Positions 47,334 through 55,701 of a DNA stretch of 64,000 nt are shown piece by piece. A model generated the notes under the pieces. That model saw nothing but the letters and a program-made list of their open reading frames with translations. It made no database searches and was not told the origin of the DNA. The translations under genes were made by a program, and so were the position numbers. Every line of letters starts with the position of its first letter. The stretch's first letter is position 1. This stretch comes from an uncultured Acidobacteriota bacterium (lineage in GTDB: Bacteria; Acidobacteriota; Vicinamibacteria; Vicinamibacterales; Fen-181), in assembly GCA_963727765.1 (NCBI GenBank), contig CAVSGZ010000013.1, forward strand, positions 344,491-408,490. The letters are read 5' to 3'.

Positions 47334-48055
47334 GGCGAGGCCCGGTGGGCCGACCGCTCCACCGATTCGACCCAGACGACGGTGACGAGCGTGTAGGCCA
47401 GCACGAGGAAGACGTCTCCGACGAGCGGCAGCGCGGGGCCGGCAGCCCACAGCCGGTCCCGCACGACCGCGAAGACGACCATCACTGAGAACAGCGCCAC
47501 GTACGCCCGGGCCAGCCGCAGCACGGTCCCCCGCCACGGCGCTTCGGACAAGCCGCGCGCACCCGCCAGCAGCCAGATCCACGTCGCCAGCGCCAGGGGG
47601 AACGACGCCACGCCCAGCGCCCGGCGCAACGGCGTGAACAGCATCGTGCTGGCCTGGAAGTGATACGCGCTCCACCCGACGATGAGCAGCGCGGAGTAAA
47701 GCAGCGCGACATGCTTCGCGCCGCGGCGCACGCGCCGGGCCGTGCTGCCCCCGAGAAGCTGGTGCACCACCGACACGCAGCCATAAAGACAGCCGACCGC
47801 GAACAAGGCCTGGACGAGGAACACGAATGCCACCAGACGCATCGCGGAAGCCGGTGTCATCGCCGTCAGGATGAACTGGCGCAGGCACTCATAGGTGAAC
47901 CACGCCGACATCCACAGGTTGTAGAGGACGAGCGGCACGGGAAGGAACGTGATGGCGTGCGGCACGCGCCCGAACGCCGTGCGGACGAACAACACTACGG
48001 AGAGAAACGTCGCGGCCAGCGTGAAGACCAGGCCCAGGATGATGGTCGGCGCCAC
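47315..48055 (-). CDS. polytopic membrane protein (about 7 TM), unknown function
   Basis: ORF 47315..48055 with a GTG start. Strongly hydrophobic with regular helices. Its 3' end overlaps the ggt 3' end by 19 nt (convergent). Confidence 0.6.
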   Translation of the reverse strand: MAPTIILGLVFTLAATFLSVVLFVRTAFGRVPHAITFLPVPLVLYNLWMSAWFTYECLRQFILTAMTPASAMRLVAFVFLVQALFAVGCLYGCVSVVHQLLGGSTARRVRRGAKHVALLYSALLIVGWSAYHFQASTMLFTPLRRALGVASFPLALATWIWLLAGARGLSEAPWRGTVLRLARAYVALFSVMVVFAVVRDRLWAAGPALPLVGDVFLVLAYTLVTVVWVESVERSAHRASPHQAMP

Positions 48056-48075
48056 GGACGGATCGTATCACTGGT

Positions 48076-48197
48076 AATCGGAACTGACGGTGAGGGATCG
48101 GTTCTGACGATTGTCAATCGAAACTGACGCCGAGGGATCGAGGCTGCTTGTCCGCCGAAGTTGCGACAGCGACGAAGGCGGAACGATGAGGGATCGG
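48076..48197 (+). repeat. direct repeats AATCGRAACTGACGSYGAGGGATCG (two full copies 40 bp apart, one partial)
   Basis: Copy 1 is 48076..48100 and copy 2 is 48116..48140. A partial copy GATGAGGGATCG lies at 48185..48196, and CTGACG occurs three times. All lie in the divergent spacer between the membrane-protein gene and the YtrA-type GntR gene. Confidence 0.7.
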
Positions 48198-48207
48198 AAG
48201 AAGGCGC

Positions 48208-48236
48208 TTGACAATGTATTAGTATATTAATAAACT
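48208..48236 (+). promoter_or_regulatory. sigma70-type promoter with embedded AT-rich palindromic operator
   Basis: TTGACA (48208..48213), a 17-nt spacer and TAAACT (48231..48236). The spacer contains ATTAGTATATTAAT, which is 12 of 14 palindromic. The ATG at 48248 lies only about 12 nt after the -10 box. Confidence 0.45.
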
Positions 48237-48247
48237 CATATTAGGAT

Positions 48248-48655
48248 ATGAATAGCACAAGCTCAGCCCAGCTCTTCCGGCGCGACATGGCGAGCGGCGT
48301 GCCTGTGTATCGCCAGATCATCGACCAGATCCTGGGCGGCATCGCCGCCGGCACGATCAAACCCGGCGACCAACTGCCCACCGTCCGCCAGCTCGCCGTT
48401 GACCTCGCCATCAACCCCAACACCGTCGTCCGCGCCTACCGAGAGCTCGAGATCCGGGGCGTCCTCAGCACCCAGCAGGGCGTGGGCACCTTCGTGACGA
48501 CGGCCCCGGTCGAGCCGAACGATGCCGAGCGGCAGCGGCAGCTCGACCAGTTGGTGGGCGAGGTCATCGCTCGCGCGGGCGGAGCGGGATTCTCCGCCGA
48601 AGCCCTCATCGAACGCATCTGCGAATTCGTTGCCGACCAGGGGAGGCAATCATGA
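48248..48655 (+). CDS. GntR family transcriptional regulator (YtrA subfamily)
   Basis: ORF 48248..48655. Has VPVYRQIIDQILGGIAAGTIKPGDQLPTVRQLAVDLAINPNTVVRAYRELEIRGVL and the short helical C-terminus typical of YtrA. Confidence 0.85.
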   Translation: MNSTSSAQLFRRDMASGVPVYRQIIDQILGGIAAGTIKPGDQLPTVRQLAVDLAINPNTVVRAYRELEIRGVLSTQQGVGTFVTTAPVEPNDAERQRQLDQLVGEVIARAGGAGFSAEALIERICEFVADQGRQS

Positions 48656-49458
48656 ACAGACCGGTGGAGCTCTTTTCGTCCGGCGTCGGCCGCAACTCGT
48701 CGTTGAGTCCTGTCGGCGGCGCGTTGTTCTTCGCGTGCCTGATTCTCGGCGGCCTCGCCGCCGGCCTCACCGGCCACCCGGCGCCCGTCGTCATCGGCAC
48801 CGTCCTCGCCTTCTACTTCCTCTTCGCCATCCGCGTGGCGGCGCAGTGGGACAAGGCGGCCGTCCTGCGCCTCGGGCGCTACCGCGGGCTGCGGGGACCG
48901 GGCTGGTTCCACATCATTCCGATCGTCGATACGGTCAGCGAATACGTGGACCAGCGGATCCGCGTCACCGACGTGCGGGCCGAGACGGCGCTGCGCGAGT
49001 CGATCGGGCGGCACGAGCTGGCACAGATGATCACCGAGCGGGAGACGCTCGGCCACGAGCTGCAGCGGATCCTCGACGAGAAGACCAACCCGTGGGGGAT
49101 CACGGTGCAGTCGGTGGAGATCCGCGACGTGAACATCCCGAAGGAGCTCGAGGACGCGATGTCGCGCCGCGCGCAGGCCGAGCGCGAGAGGCAGGCGCGC
49201 ATCATCCTCGGCACGGCCGAGACGGAGATCTCCGACAAGTTCGCCCAGGCGGCGCTGGTCTACCGCGACAACCCGATCGCCCTCCACCTGCGCGCGATGA
49301 ACATGCTCTACGAGGCGATCAAGGAAAAGGGCTCCATGGTCATCGTCCCCTCGTCAGTCGTGGAGACGATGGGGCTCGGCGGGATGTTGGGCACGGCGGC
49401 GCTTGGTGGGGCGGCACCAGGCGCGACGGCACCCGGCGACGCCACAAAGGCCCGATAG
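48652..49458 (+). CDS. SPFH/band-7 (stomatin-like) protein with shortened core
   Basis: ORF 48652..49458, whose ATG overlaps the GntR stop (ATGA). Has TM helices, then LRLGRYRGLRGPGWFHIIPIVD and ..WGITVQSVEIRDVNIP..AQAERERQA. The segment normally found between the VD.R...V strand and the ..TLR..IG helix is missing. Confidence 0.8.
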   Translation: MNRPVELFSSGVGRNSSLSPVGGALFFACLILGGLAAGLTGHPAPVVIGTVLAFYFLFAIRVAAQWDKAAVLRLGRYRGLRGPGWFHIIPIVDTVSEYVDQRIRVTDVRAETALRESIGRHELAQMITERETLGHELQRILDEKTNPWGITVQSVEIRDVNIPKELEDAMSRRAQAERERQARIILGTAETEISDKFAQAALVYRDNPIALHLRAMNMLYEAIKEKGSMVIVPSSVVETMGLGGMLGTAALGGAAPGATAPGDATKAR

Positions 49459-49484
49459 CACCAAGCCGGGCGGAAGGAGGCACT

Positions 49485-49724
49485 ATGGGCTCCGAGGGCC
49501 ACGGCGGCCGCACCCGCGAAGACGACTACCCGGAGATCAACATGTCCCGGATCAAGGTGGGCGGCGATCTGGGCGGCTTGATCTTCGTCGTCGGCGTGGT
49601 CGTGTGCACGCTCATCGGCGTGCCCGAGGCGCGAGGGTTCTTCGGCGGCTCGCTGGCCGGCGGGGTGGTCGTGGCCGCCATGCTGCTCTGGTGGCATCGG
49701 AGGAAGAGAGGGCGACGGGTCTGA
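49485..49724 (+). CDS. small membrane protein (hypothetical)
   Basis: Internal ATG of ORF 48522..49724, preceded by GGAAGGAGG. The 79-aa product has two hydrophobic segments (GGLIFVVGVVVCTLIGV, GGVVVAAMLLWW) and a basic tail. Confidence 0.45.
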   Translation: MGSEGHGGRTREDDYPEINMSRIKVGGDLGGLIFVVGVVVCTLIGVPEARGFFGGSLAGGVVVAAMLLWWHRRKRGRRV

Positions 49725-49733
49725 AGACCCGGC

Positions 49734-50543
49734 CTACACCCGGCGGAACTTCTTCCCGACCCGCTTCGTCACGCCGCTGACGATCCACTGCGGCGTGTAC
49801 CGCGCGAGCGCGACGACCGCGCGGTTCACGCGGCCGTTGACGTAGACGATGTCGCCGCGCACAACCGCTTCGTACGCCTGGCGGGCGACCGTGCCGGCGT
49901 CCATCCACATCCAGCGCGGCAGCTTGCTCACCTGGCTGCGCATGCCGTTCACGTCGTGGAACTCGCTGTAGGTGAAACCCGGGCAGAGGGAGGTCACGTG
50001 CACGCCGTGGGGCCGCAGCTCGAGCGCGAGCGACTCCGAGAAGCGGATGACGAGCGCCTTGGCCGCGCCGTAGAGGGTGTGACCCGCGGTCGCCGGCACC
50101 AGTCCCGCGACCGACGCGACGTTGATGATGAAGCCGCGGCGCCGTTCCACCATCCCCGGCGCGAACCGGTGGCACAGCTCGGCGACCGAGGTCACCATCA
50201 CCTGGATAAACGCCCGGTGCTGCTCCCAGCCCGAGCCGAGGAAGCCGCCCGGCAGGCCGTAGCCGGCGTTGTTGACGAGAGCGTCCACGGTGAGGCCCGC
50301 GCGCGCCACCTCGTCGAAGATGCGCGCCGGCGCGGCTGGGTCGGAGAGGTCGGCCACGATCACGTGCGCGGCGCAGCCGTGGGCGGCCTTGAGCTCCTTC
50401 ACGAGCGCCTCGAGCCGGTCCGCCCGCCGCGCCGTCAGCACCAGGTCGAATCCGTGCGCCGCGAATTCGCGCGCAATGGCGGCGCCGATCCCGGCCGAGG
50501 CACCGGTGACGAGCGCCGTCATTCTCGCCGTATCTTCAGGCAT
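49734..50543 (-). CDS. short-chain dehydrogenase/reductase (SDR)
   Basis: ORF 49734..50543. Carries LVTGASAGIG, VNNAG and YGAAK. Confidence 0.9.
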   Translation of the reverse strand: MPEDTARMTALVTGASAGIGAAIAREFAAHGFDLVLTARRADRLEALVKELKAAHGCAAHVIVADLSDPAAPARIFDEVARAGLTVDALVNNAGYGLPGGFLGSGWEQHRAFIQVMVTSVAELCHRFAPGMVERRRGFIINVASVAGLVPATAGHTLYGAAKALVIRFSESLALELRPHGVHVTSLCPGFTYSEFHDVNGMRSQVSKLPRWMWMDAGTVARQAYEAVVRGDIVYVNGRVNRAVVALARYTPQWIVSGVTKRVGKKFRRV

Positions 50544-50567
50544 TACCGGAGTGTAGCAAACCGGGCG

Positions 50568-50650
50568 GACGGCTGACGACTGACGGCTGATGGCCGTTCC
50601 ACGGGACAGTTGTGATACGGCCGTCGGTCGGCTGCCGTCAGCCGTCGGCC
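50568..50650. repeat. inverted pair of tandem heptamer arrays (GACGGCT GACGACT GACGGCT GATGGCC and its complement)
   Basis: The plus-strand array is 50568..50595 (4 x 7 nt). The inverted, degenerate array at 50621..50650 reads GACGGCT GACGGCA GCCGACC on the minus strand. The pair can fold into a long hairpin between the S9 peptidase stop and the SDR start. Confidence 0.7.
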
Positions 50651-50655
50651 GGTCC

Positions 50656-53600
50656 CTACTTCTTCTCCTCCGGCTTCGCGGCCTTCTTCTGCTCCTCCAG
50701 CCGCTGCTTGATGTAGTCCTCCATCTCGAGCCGCGGCACGCCCTTGGTCCACCAGTCGGGCGCTGGCTTGCCCATCAGGAAGTGATCGAAGAACTCCTTC
50801 ATCCGCACCGTGTAGTCCTGCTGGTTGGGCGGCTTCGCCAGGCCGTGGTTCTCGCCCGGGTACTCCAGCATCACCACCGGCTTGCCGAGGCGGCGAAGCG
50901 TGTTGAAGTACTCCACACCCTGCGTGAAATCGACCGCCCCGTCCTTGTCGTTGTGCAGGATGACGAGCGGCGTCTTCACGTTCCTCGCGAAGTTGACCGG
51001 CGAGTTGCGCACGTAGGCTTCCCAGTTGTCCCAGTAGCCGCCGAGGAACCGCCCCTGGCTGCTCTCGAAGATCGCCTGGTTGGCCCCGCCGCTGTTCTTG
51101 TAGATCAGGCTGTACATGCTGACCATGTCGGTCAGCGGCGCGCCGGCGACGGCCGCCGCGAACAAATCGGTCTGCGTCACGGTGAATGCCGTCTGGTAGC
51201 CGCCCCACGAGTGCCCCTGCAGGCCGATGTGCTTCGGATCGACGACGCCGGTGGCGACGGCCGCCTTGACGGCGGCGGTGATGCACCAGACGGCTGACAT
51301 GCCGGGGTCGTTGAGCCGGTAGGTGATGTCCGGCATCAGCACGGCGTAGCCGTTGCTCGTGTAGACCGATTTGTTGAACCCGTTGGCCGTCGGCGTCGTG
51401 AAGCCGTAGTGCCCCTGCGAGAGCTTCTCGTAGATGTAGACGAGCGTGGGATAGCTCCTCCCCTTCACGTAGTTCGCCGGCAGGAAGAGCGACGCCTGCA
51501 GCTTCCTGGTCGGACCGTTCTTGCCGAGGGTCACGGCGTAGTCGACGATCTGCGCGCCGCTCGACCAGGTGAACGCCTTGACCTGCTCGTCGAGGTCCGT
51601 GAGCTTCGCGCCGGCTTTCAGAGTGGCGTCGGCCAGGTAGTAGTCGCCCGGCGCCGACGGCGTCGCCTTCGTGTAGAGATAGACGTCCGCCTTCTTCGCC
51701 TTCGTCAGGCCGAACGTCGCTTCCTCGAACAGGAGCCGCTGCACGCCGGCCCGGCCCGGCTCGATCCTGGCGATGCCCCCCTTCTTGGTGTACTCGCCGA
51801 ACATGTCGACGTAGCGTGGCGCAGACAGGTCCCACCCCTTCTCCTCGGGATCGAGGCGCAGGATCCGCCGGTACCTGATCCCGTCCTTCCTGCCGTTCAC
51901 CGTCAGGTTGACTGCCTGCCCTGCGGCGGCCGGCACCTTCCAGAGGTCCCAGCCGTCCGACAGGATCACGGCGTCACCGTTCTTCGTCCAGCCAAGCGCG
52001 GGCACCGGCGGCTTGACGACGTTGTGGTCGTCGTCGACGTTGACGAAGGAGGTCGGCACGGTCTTGGTGATGTTGGCCGACTGGCCGGTCGCCATGTCGT
52101 ACACGAAGTAGTTCCCGTCGTCGTAGTAGAGGAACTTCGTGCCGTCGGTGGACGGCTGGTTCACCCAGCGCGCCTTCTTGAGCGCGAGCTTCCGCTCGCC
52201 GGTCCGCAGGTTGATGACGTACACGTCTTCGTAGTTGCGGCCGTCGAGGTTGCCCTCGAGTTCGTACTCGCGGATGTCCGAGCCGATCGCGTACTTTCCC
52301 TTGGGCGCCGCCGCCACCGAGCGCACGTTCTCATCGGCGAGGCGGATGAACTTCCTGTCGTCCACCCGGTAGATGGACAGGAAACTGAAGTTCTTGTCCG
52401 CCTCTTCCTGCACCTGCTGCTCGGACTGCAGCCGCGGATCCTGGTAGTTCCAGATCACGATGTCCGGCTTCTCGTCGTCCGGGGCGGCGTCGGCCGCGAC
52501 CGGCGTGTCGGCCGCGGGTTTCTGGTCGGTCTTCGCGGCAGCCTCCGCGTCCGGTTTGGCGTCGGGCTTCACGTCCGCCTTCTTGGACTTGCGGATCCCG
52601 AACAGCAGCGCCGAGAGGTCCTCGGTCCACGCCGGCGTCCGGTTGGGGCTGATGGCCATCCCGTCCGGAAACGTCTTGTCGGTGGCCGGGTCGTAGACGA
52701 CCTTCTCCGGCTTCGGCAGGCCGAATTTCGTGAACGCGACCACGGCGTAGACCTTGTCCTTGTAGCGCTTGTCCTCGGTGCCCTTCAGCACGGCGAGGCC
52801 GTCGCCCTTCTCGGTCCACGCGAGGCGCTCGTAGGACGCCTTGCCGCTGTCGAGCGGCAGCACGGCGCCGGTTTCCATGTTGTAGAGGACGACGGCGTTG
52901 CCCAGTTTGTCGGCGGCGTCGACGGTGACGGCCAGGAACTTGCCGCTCTTGTCGAAGGCGAACTCGTTGACGTTGCCGATGTTCAGCTCGGAGCCGGTGG
53001 CCAGTTCGTAGAGGACGAGGTCGGTGCCCTTCGGCCGCTCGTCGGCCGCGGCGCCGGACGACCCGGCCGCTGCCGCGGGTCCAGCCGAGGGGGCCGCGCC
53101 ACCGCCCGGTCCATCGGCGCCGTACTTCTTGAGCGCGATCCACCCGCCGCGCTCGCCCGCGAAGGCGAACCGCTGGATCTTGTCGATTCTCGTTTCGCTG
53201 CCGTCGGCCAGTTTGACGATGACGACCTTGTTCTGCACGGGCTTGTGCTGTTTCTTGAGCTGGGCCGCGTCCTTCTTGGTCGGCGCCACGCTGAAGGCCA
53301 GCCATTGCGAGTCGTCGGAAAAGGCCAGCATGCCGGGCGTCGTCCGCGTGTCGCCGACGCGGAAGTGCTGGCGCCTCTTGCCCTGCGTCTCCACCACCAT
53401 CAGGTCACTATCGCCCTCGAGCGGCGACAGGCGGTAGGCGAACCAGCGGCCGTCTGGCGACAGCATTGCCATGTTCGCGCTCTTCCAGGCCAGGATGTCG
53501 GCCAGTTCCATCGGCCGGGGCGCGGCCGGCTTGGCCTGCGCCGCAGAAGCCGGGGATGTCGGGGCTTGAGCCGGCGGCGCCTGTGTGGACGCGGCACGCG

Positions 53601-53685
53601 GCGCGGGCTGCAGCAGGAAGAGGAGGGCGACGGCAAGCAGGATGGGCGTCGACAATCGGCAGCGAGTCATGGCTGAGTTCTCCAA
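50656..53685 (-). CDS. S9 family serine peptidase with large N-terminal beta-propeller region, secreted
   Basis: ORF 50656..53685, with an alternative start at MTRCRL. Has the signal peptide ..ILLAVALLFLLQPAPRAAS and the catalytic contexts GLQGHSWGGYQT (Ser), LHNDKDGAVD (Asp) and YPGENHGL (His). Confidence 0.85.
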   Translation of the reverse strand: MENSAMTRCRLSTPILLAVALLFLLQPAPRAASTQAPPAQAPTSPASAAQAKPAAPRPMELADILAWKSANMAMLSPDGRWFAYRLSPLEGDSDLMVVETQGKRRQHFRVGDTRTTPGMLAFSDDSQWLAFSVAPTKKDAAQLKKQHKPVQNKVVIVKLADGSETRIDKIQRFAFAGERGGWIALKKYGADGPGGGAAPSAGPAAAAGSSGAAADERPKGTDLVLYELATGSELNIGNVNEFAFDKSGKFLAVTVDAADKLGNAVVLYNMETGAVLPLDSGKASYERLAWTEKGDGLAVLKGTEDKRYKDKVYAVVAFTKFGLPKPEKVVYDPATDKTFPDGMAISPNRTPAWTEDLSALLFGIRKSKKADVKPDAKPDAEAAAKTDQKPAADTPVAADAAPDDEKPDIVIWNYQDPRLQSEQQVQEEADKNFSFLSIYRVDDRKFIRLADENVRSVAAAPKGKYAIGSDIREYELEGNLDGRNYEDVYVINLRTGERKLALKKARWVNQPSTDGTKFLYYDDGNYFVYDMATGQSANITKTVPTSFVNVDDDHNVVKPPVPALGWTKNGDAVILSDGWDLWKVPAAAGQAVNLTVNGRKDGIRYRRILRLDPEEKGWDLSAPRYVDMFGEYTKKGGIARIEPGRAGVQRLLFEEATFGLTKAKKADVYLYTKATPSAPGDYYLADATLKAGAKLTDLDEQVKAFTWSSGAQIVDYAVTLGKNGPTRKLQASLFLPANYVKGRSYPTLVYIYEKLSQGHYGFTTPTANGFNKSVYTSNGYAVLMPDITYRLNDPGMSAVWCITAAVKAAVATGVVDPKHIGLQGHSWGGYQTAFTVTQTDLFAAAVAGAPLTDMVSMYSLIYKNSGGANQAIFESSQGRFLGGYWDNWEAYVRNSPVNFARNVKTPLVILHNDKDGAVDFTQGVEYFNTLRRLGKPVVMLEYPGENHGLAKPPNQQDYTVRMKEFFDHFLMGKPAPDWWTKGVPRLEMEDYIKQRLEEQKKAAKPEEKK

Positions 53686-53730
53686 TTGCGGTTCGGTCGG
53701 GCTACGTCAGCGCAGGGCTGAAGCCCTGCG

Positions 53731-54960
53731 CTATCCGAGGCTGTCCGGTCGGGGCATTTCGAGAATGCGGTCGGCGAAGTTGATCATCTCCCTGACATAC
53801 GCCCGCTTCTCGAGGTAGGTTCCCGGGAAGAAGCTGCGCTTGAAGCCGTAGATCAAAATGTCGCGCACCTCGCGGTCGGTGAGCGCGAACGCCTCGGTCG
53901 CCCGCCGAATCTCATTCGAGACCGACGTGTTCGACACCAGGCGGTTGTCGGTGCAGATGGTGGTCGACAGCCTCCGCTTCCGCATCTCGCCGAACGGATG
54001 CCGGGAGAGGTCGGTGCCCAGCTCCGGCACGGTTTGCTGGTTCGACGTCAGGCACACCTCGATCGTGATCCGCTTGTCGGCGATGAACTGCGCGAGGCGT
54101 TCAACGTAGGCGCGCCTGTCGGCAATGCGGCCCCCCTCGATCTTCGACTCGTCGAACAGCCAGGTGCCGTGGCCGATGCGGTCGGCGTGCAGCATGCCGA
54201 TCGCCTGGAAGATCGACTCCGGCCCGTAGTCCTCGCCAGCGTGGACGGTCTTGCCGAGAAACGCCTCGTGCGCCACCTGGTAGGCCAGCGTATGCTCCTC
54301 GGCCGGGTGGCCGTGCTCCTGGCCCGCCAGATCCACGCCGACGACGAGGAGCCCCTCCTCGTGCCTGAGGCGGGCCGCCGCACGCGCCACCTGGATGCTG
54401 GCAGCCGAGCACAGCTCTCTCGGGGATGCCTCGGGCAGCGCGGCGAAGATCCGCCGGTACCCCTCGGAGTACTCAGGAGTGAACGCCCGCAGCGCGCACA
54501 GGATGATCCCTGCCGCGAAGCGCGGCTCCGCACCCGAGGCGACCTCGGGCCTGGCGTTGAACACCCGTGTCGCGCGGCGAATGCCGGTGTCGACGGCCCT
54601 TACGACTTCCGAGAAATCGAACCCGGCCCGGACGTGCAGCTGCGGCGCAAACCGGATCTCCACGTAGCGCACGCCCTCATCCTGGCAGTCCTCGCACAAC
54701 TCGAACGCCGCCCGTTCGAGTGCTTCAGGGTCCTGCAGCGCGGCGACGGTGTACTTGAACCCCTCGAGGTATTCGGGCAGGTTCGCGTAGTGGTCCCGGA
54801 AGACGATCTCGCGCAGACCGGCCTCGGTCGACGACGGAAGCGACGCCCGCTGGCCGCGGGCCAGCTCGATGAGCGTCGAGAGGCGCAGCGAGCCGTCGAG
54901 ATGGACGTGGAGGTCGGTCTTCGGCAGCCGGCGAATCACCTCTGGCGTCATAGCGGGCAT
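53731..54960 (-). CDS. add: adenosine deaminase family protein
   Basis: ORF 53731..54960. Carries LPKTDLHVHLDGSL, TVHAGEDYGPES, ADRIGHG and ICTDNRLVS. Confidence 0.8.
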   Translation of the reverse strand: MPAMTPEVIRRLPKTDLHVHLDGSLRLSTLIELARGQRASLPSSTEAGLREIVFRDHYANLPEYLEGFKYTVAALQDPEALERAAFELCEDCQDEGVRYVEIRFAPQLHVRAGFDFSEVVRAVDTGIRRATRVFNARPEVASGAEPRFAAGIILCALRAFTPEYSEGYRRIFAALPEASPRELCSAASIQVARAAARLRHEEGLLVVGVDLAGQEHGHPAEEHTLAYQVAHEAFLGKTVHAGEDYGPESIFQAIGMLHADRIGHGTWLFDESKIEGGRIADRRAYVERLAQFIADKRITIEVCLTSNQQTVPELGTDLSRHPFGEMRKRRLSTTICTDNRLVSNTSVSNEIRRATEAFALTDREVRDILIYGFKRSFFPGTYLEKRAYVREMINFADRILEMPRPDSLG

Positions 54961-55026
54961 GATAAGCCCGAACCGGCCGCGCGGCCAGCATCGGCGCGGG
55001 CTTCATCGACACGGTGCTCGCCGCCG

Positions 55027-55527
55027 CTACTGCACCTTGGTGAATTTCTCGTGCCGCGCGCCGCACACCGGACAGACGTCCGGCGCTTCGCCGACGACGG
55101 TGTGGCCGCAGACCTCGCAGACGTAGAGGTCGGCCGCCGGCAGGTCCTTCCCCGCCTTGGCCGTCTCGAGCGCCTGGCTGTAGAGCACGTGGTGGGTCTG
55201 CTCGACTTCGTTCGCCCGCTCGAAACTCGACTGCGCGCTCTTCTTGCCCTCGGCGACGGCGGTGGCGATGAACTCCGGGTACATCGTGGTGAACTCGTAA
55301 TGCTCGCCGGCGACCGCGGCCTGGAGGTTGGTGACCGTGTCCTTGATGTGCCCGGCCACGCGGAAATGCGCCATCGCGTGCACGGTCTCGGCCGCCGCGG
55401 CCGCGCGGAACAACTTCGCGATCTGCGGGAAGCCTTCGGACTCGGCCTTCTTCGCGAATGCCAGGTACTTGCGGTTCGCCTGGCTCTCGCCGGCGAATGC
55501 CGCCATCAGGTTGTCGTCGGTTTTCAT
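55027..55527 (-). CDS. rbr: rubrerythrin
   Basis: ORF 55027..55527. Has diiron four-helix motifs (GESQANRKY, AAETVHA, GEHYEF, EVEQTHH) and a C-terminal rubredoxin-like CEVCG..CPVCG. Confidence 0.92.
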   Translation of the reverse strand: MKTDDNLMAAFAGESQANRKYLAFAKKAESEGFPQIAKLFRAAAAAETVHAMAHFRVAGHIKDTVTNLQAAVAGEHYEFTTMYPEFIATAVAEGKKSAQSSFERANEVEQTHHVLYSQALETAKAGKDLPAADLYVCEVCGHTVVGEAPDVCPVCGARHEKFTKVQ

Positions 55528-55701
55528 AGCGTGGCTCCTTTATGAGACCGATACGGTCCACATGTAAGCCTATCACAGGCCCGGCTTCACTCTTCGAGCT
55601 TCGGCGAGGCAGGCTCCGCCGTCCCTGAAGAAGGGAGCAGGGCCGAAGCCCTGCTCCAACAGTGTGGAACCTTGTGTGGCCTGAAGCCCTGAGCCTTCTT
55701 C

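Noticed and set aside
51409-53676. 755-aa plus-strand ORF. The same applies to 56530..58254, 58258..59838, 62138..63742, 15061..16482, 17299..18777, 22851..24149, 53998..55545 and 38658..40112.
   Set aside because: All are antisense to well-supported genes and show shadow-ORF composition.
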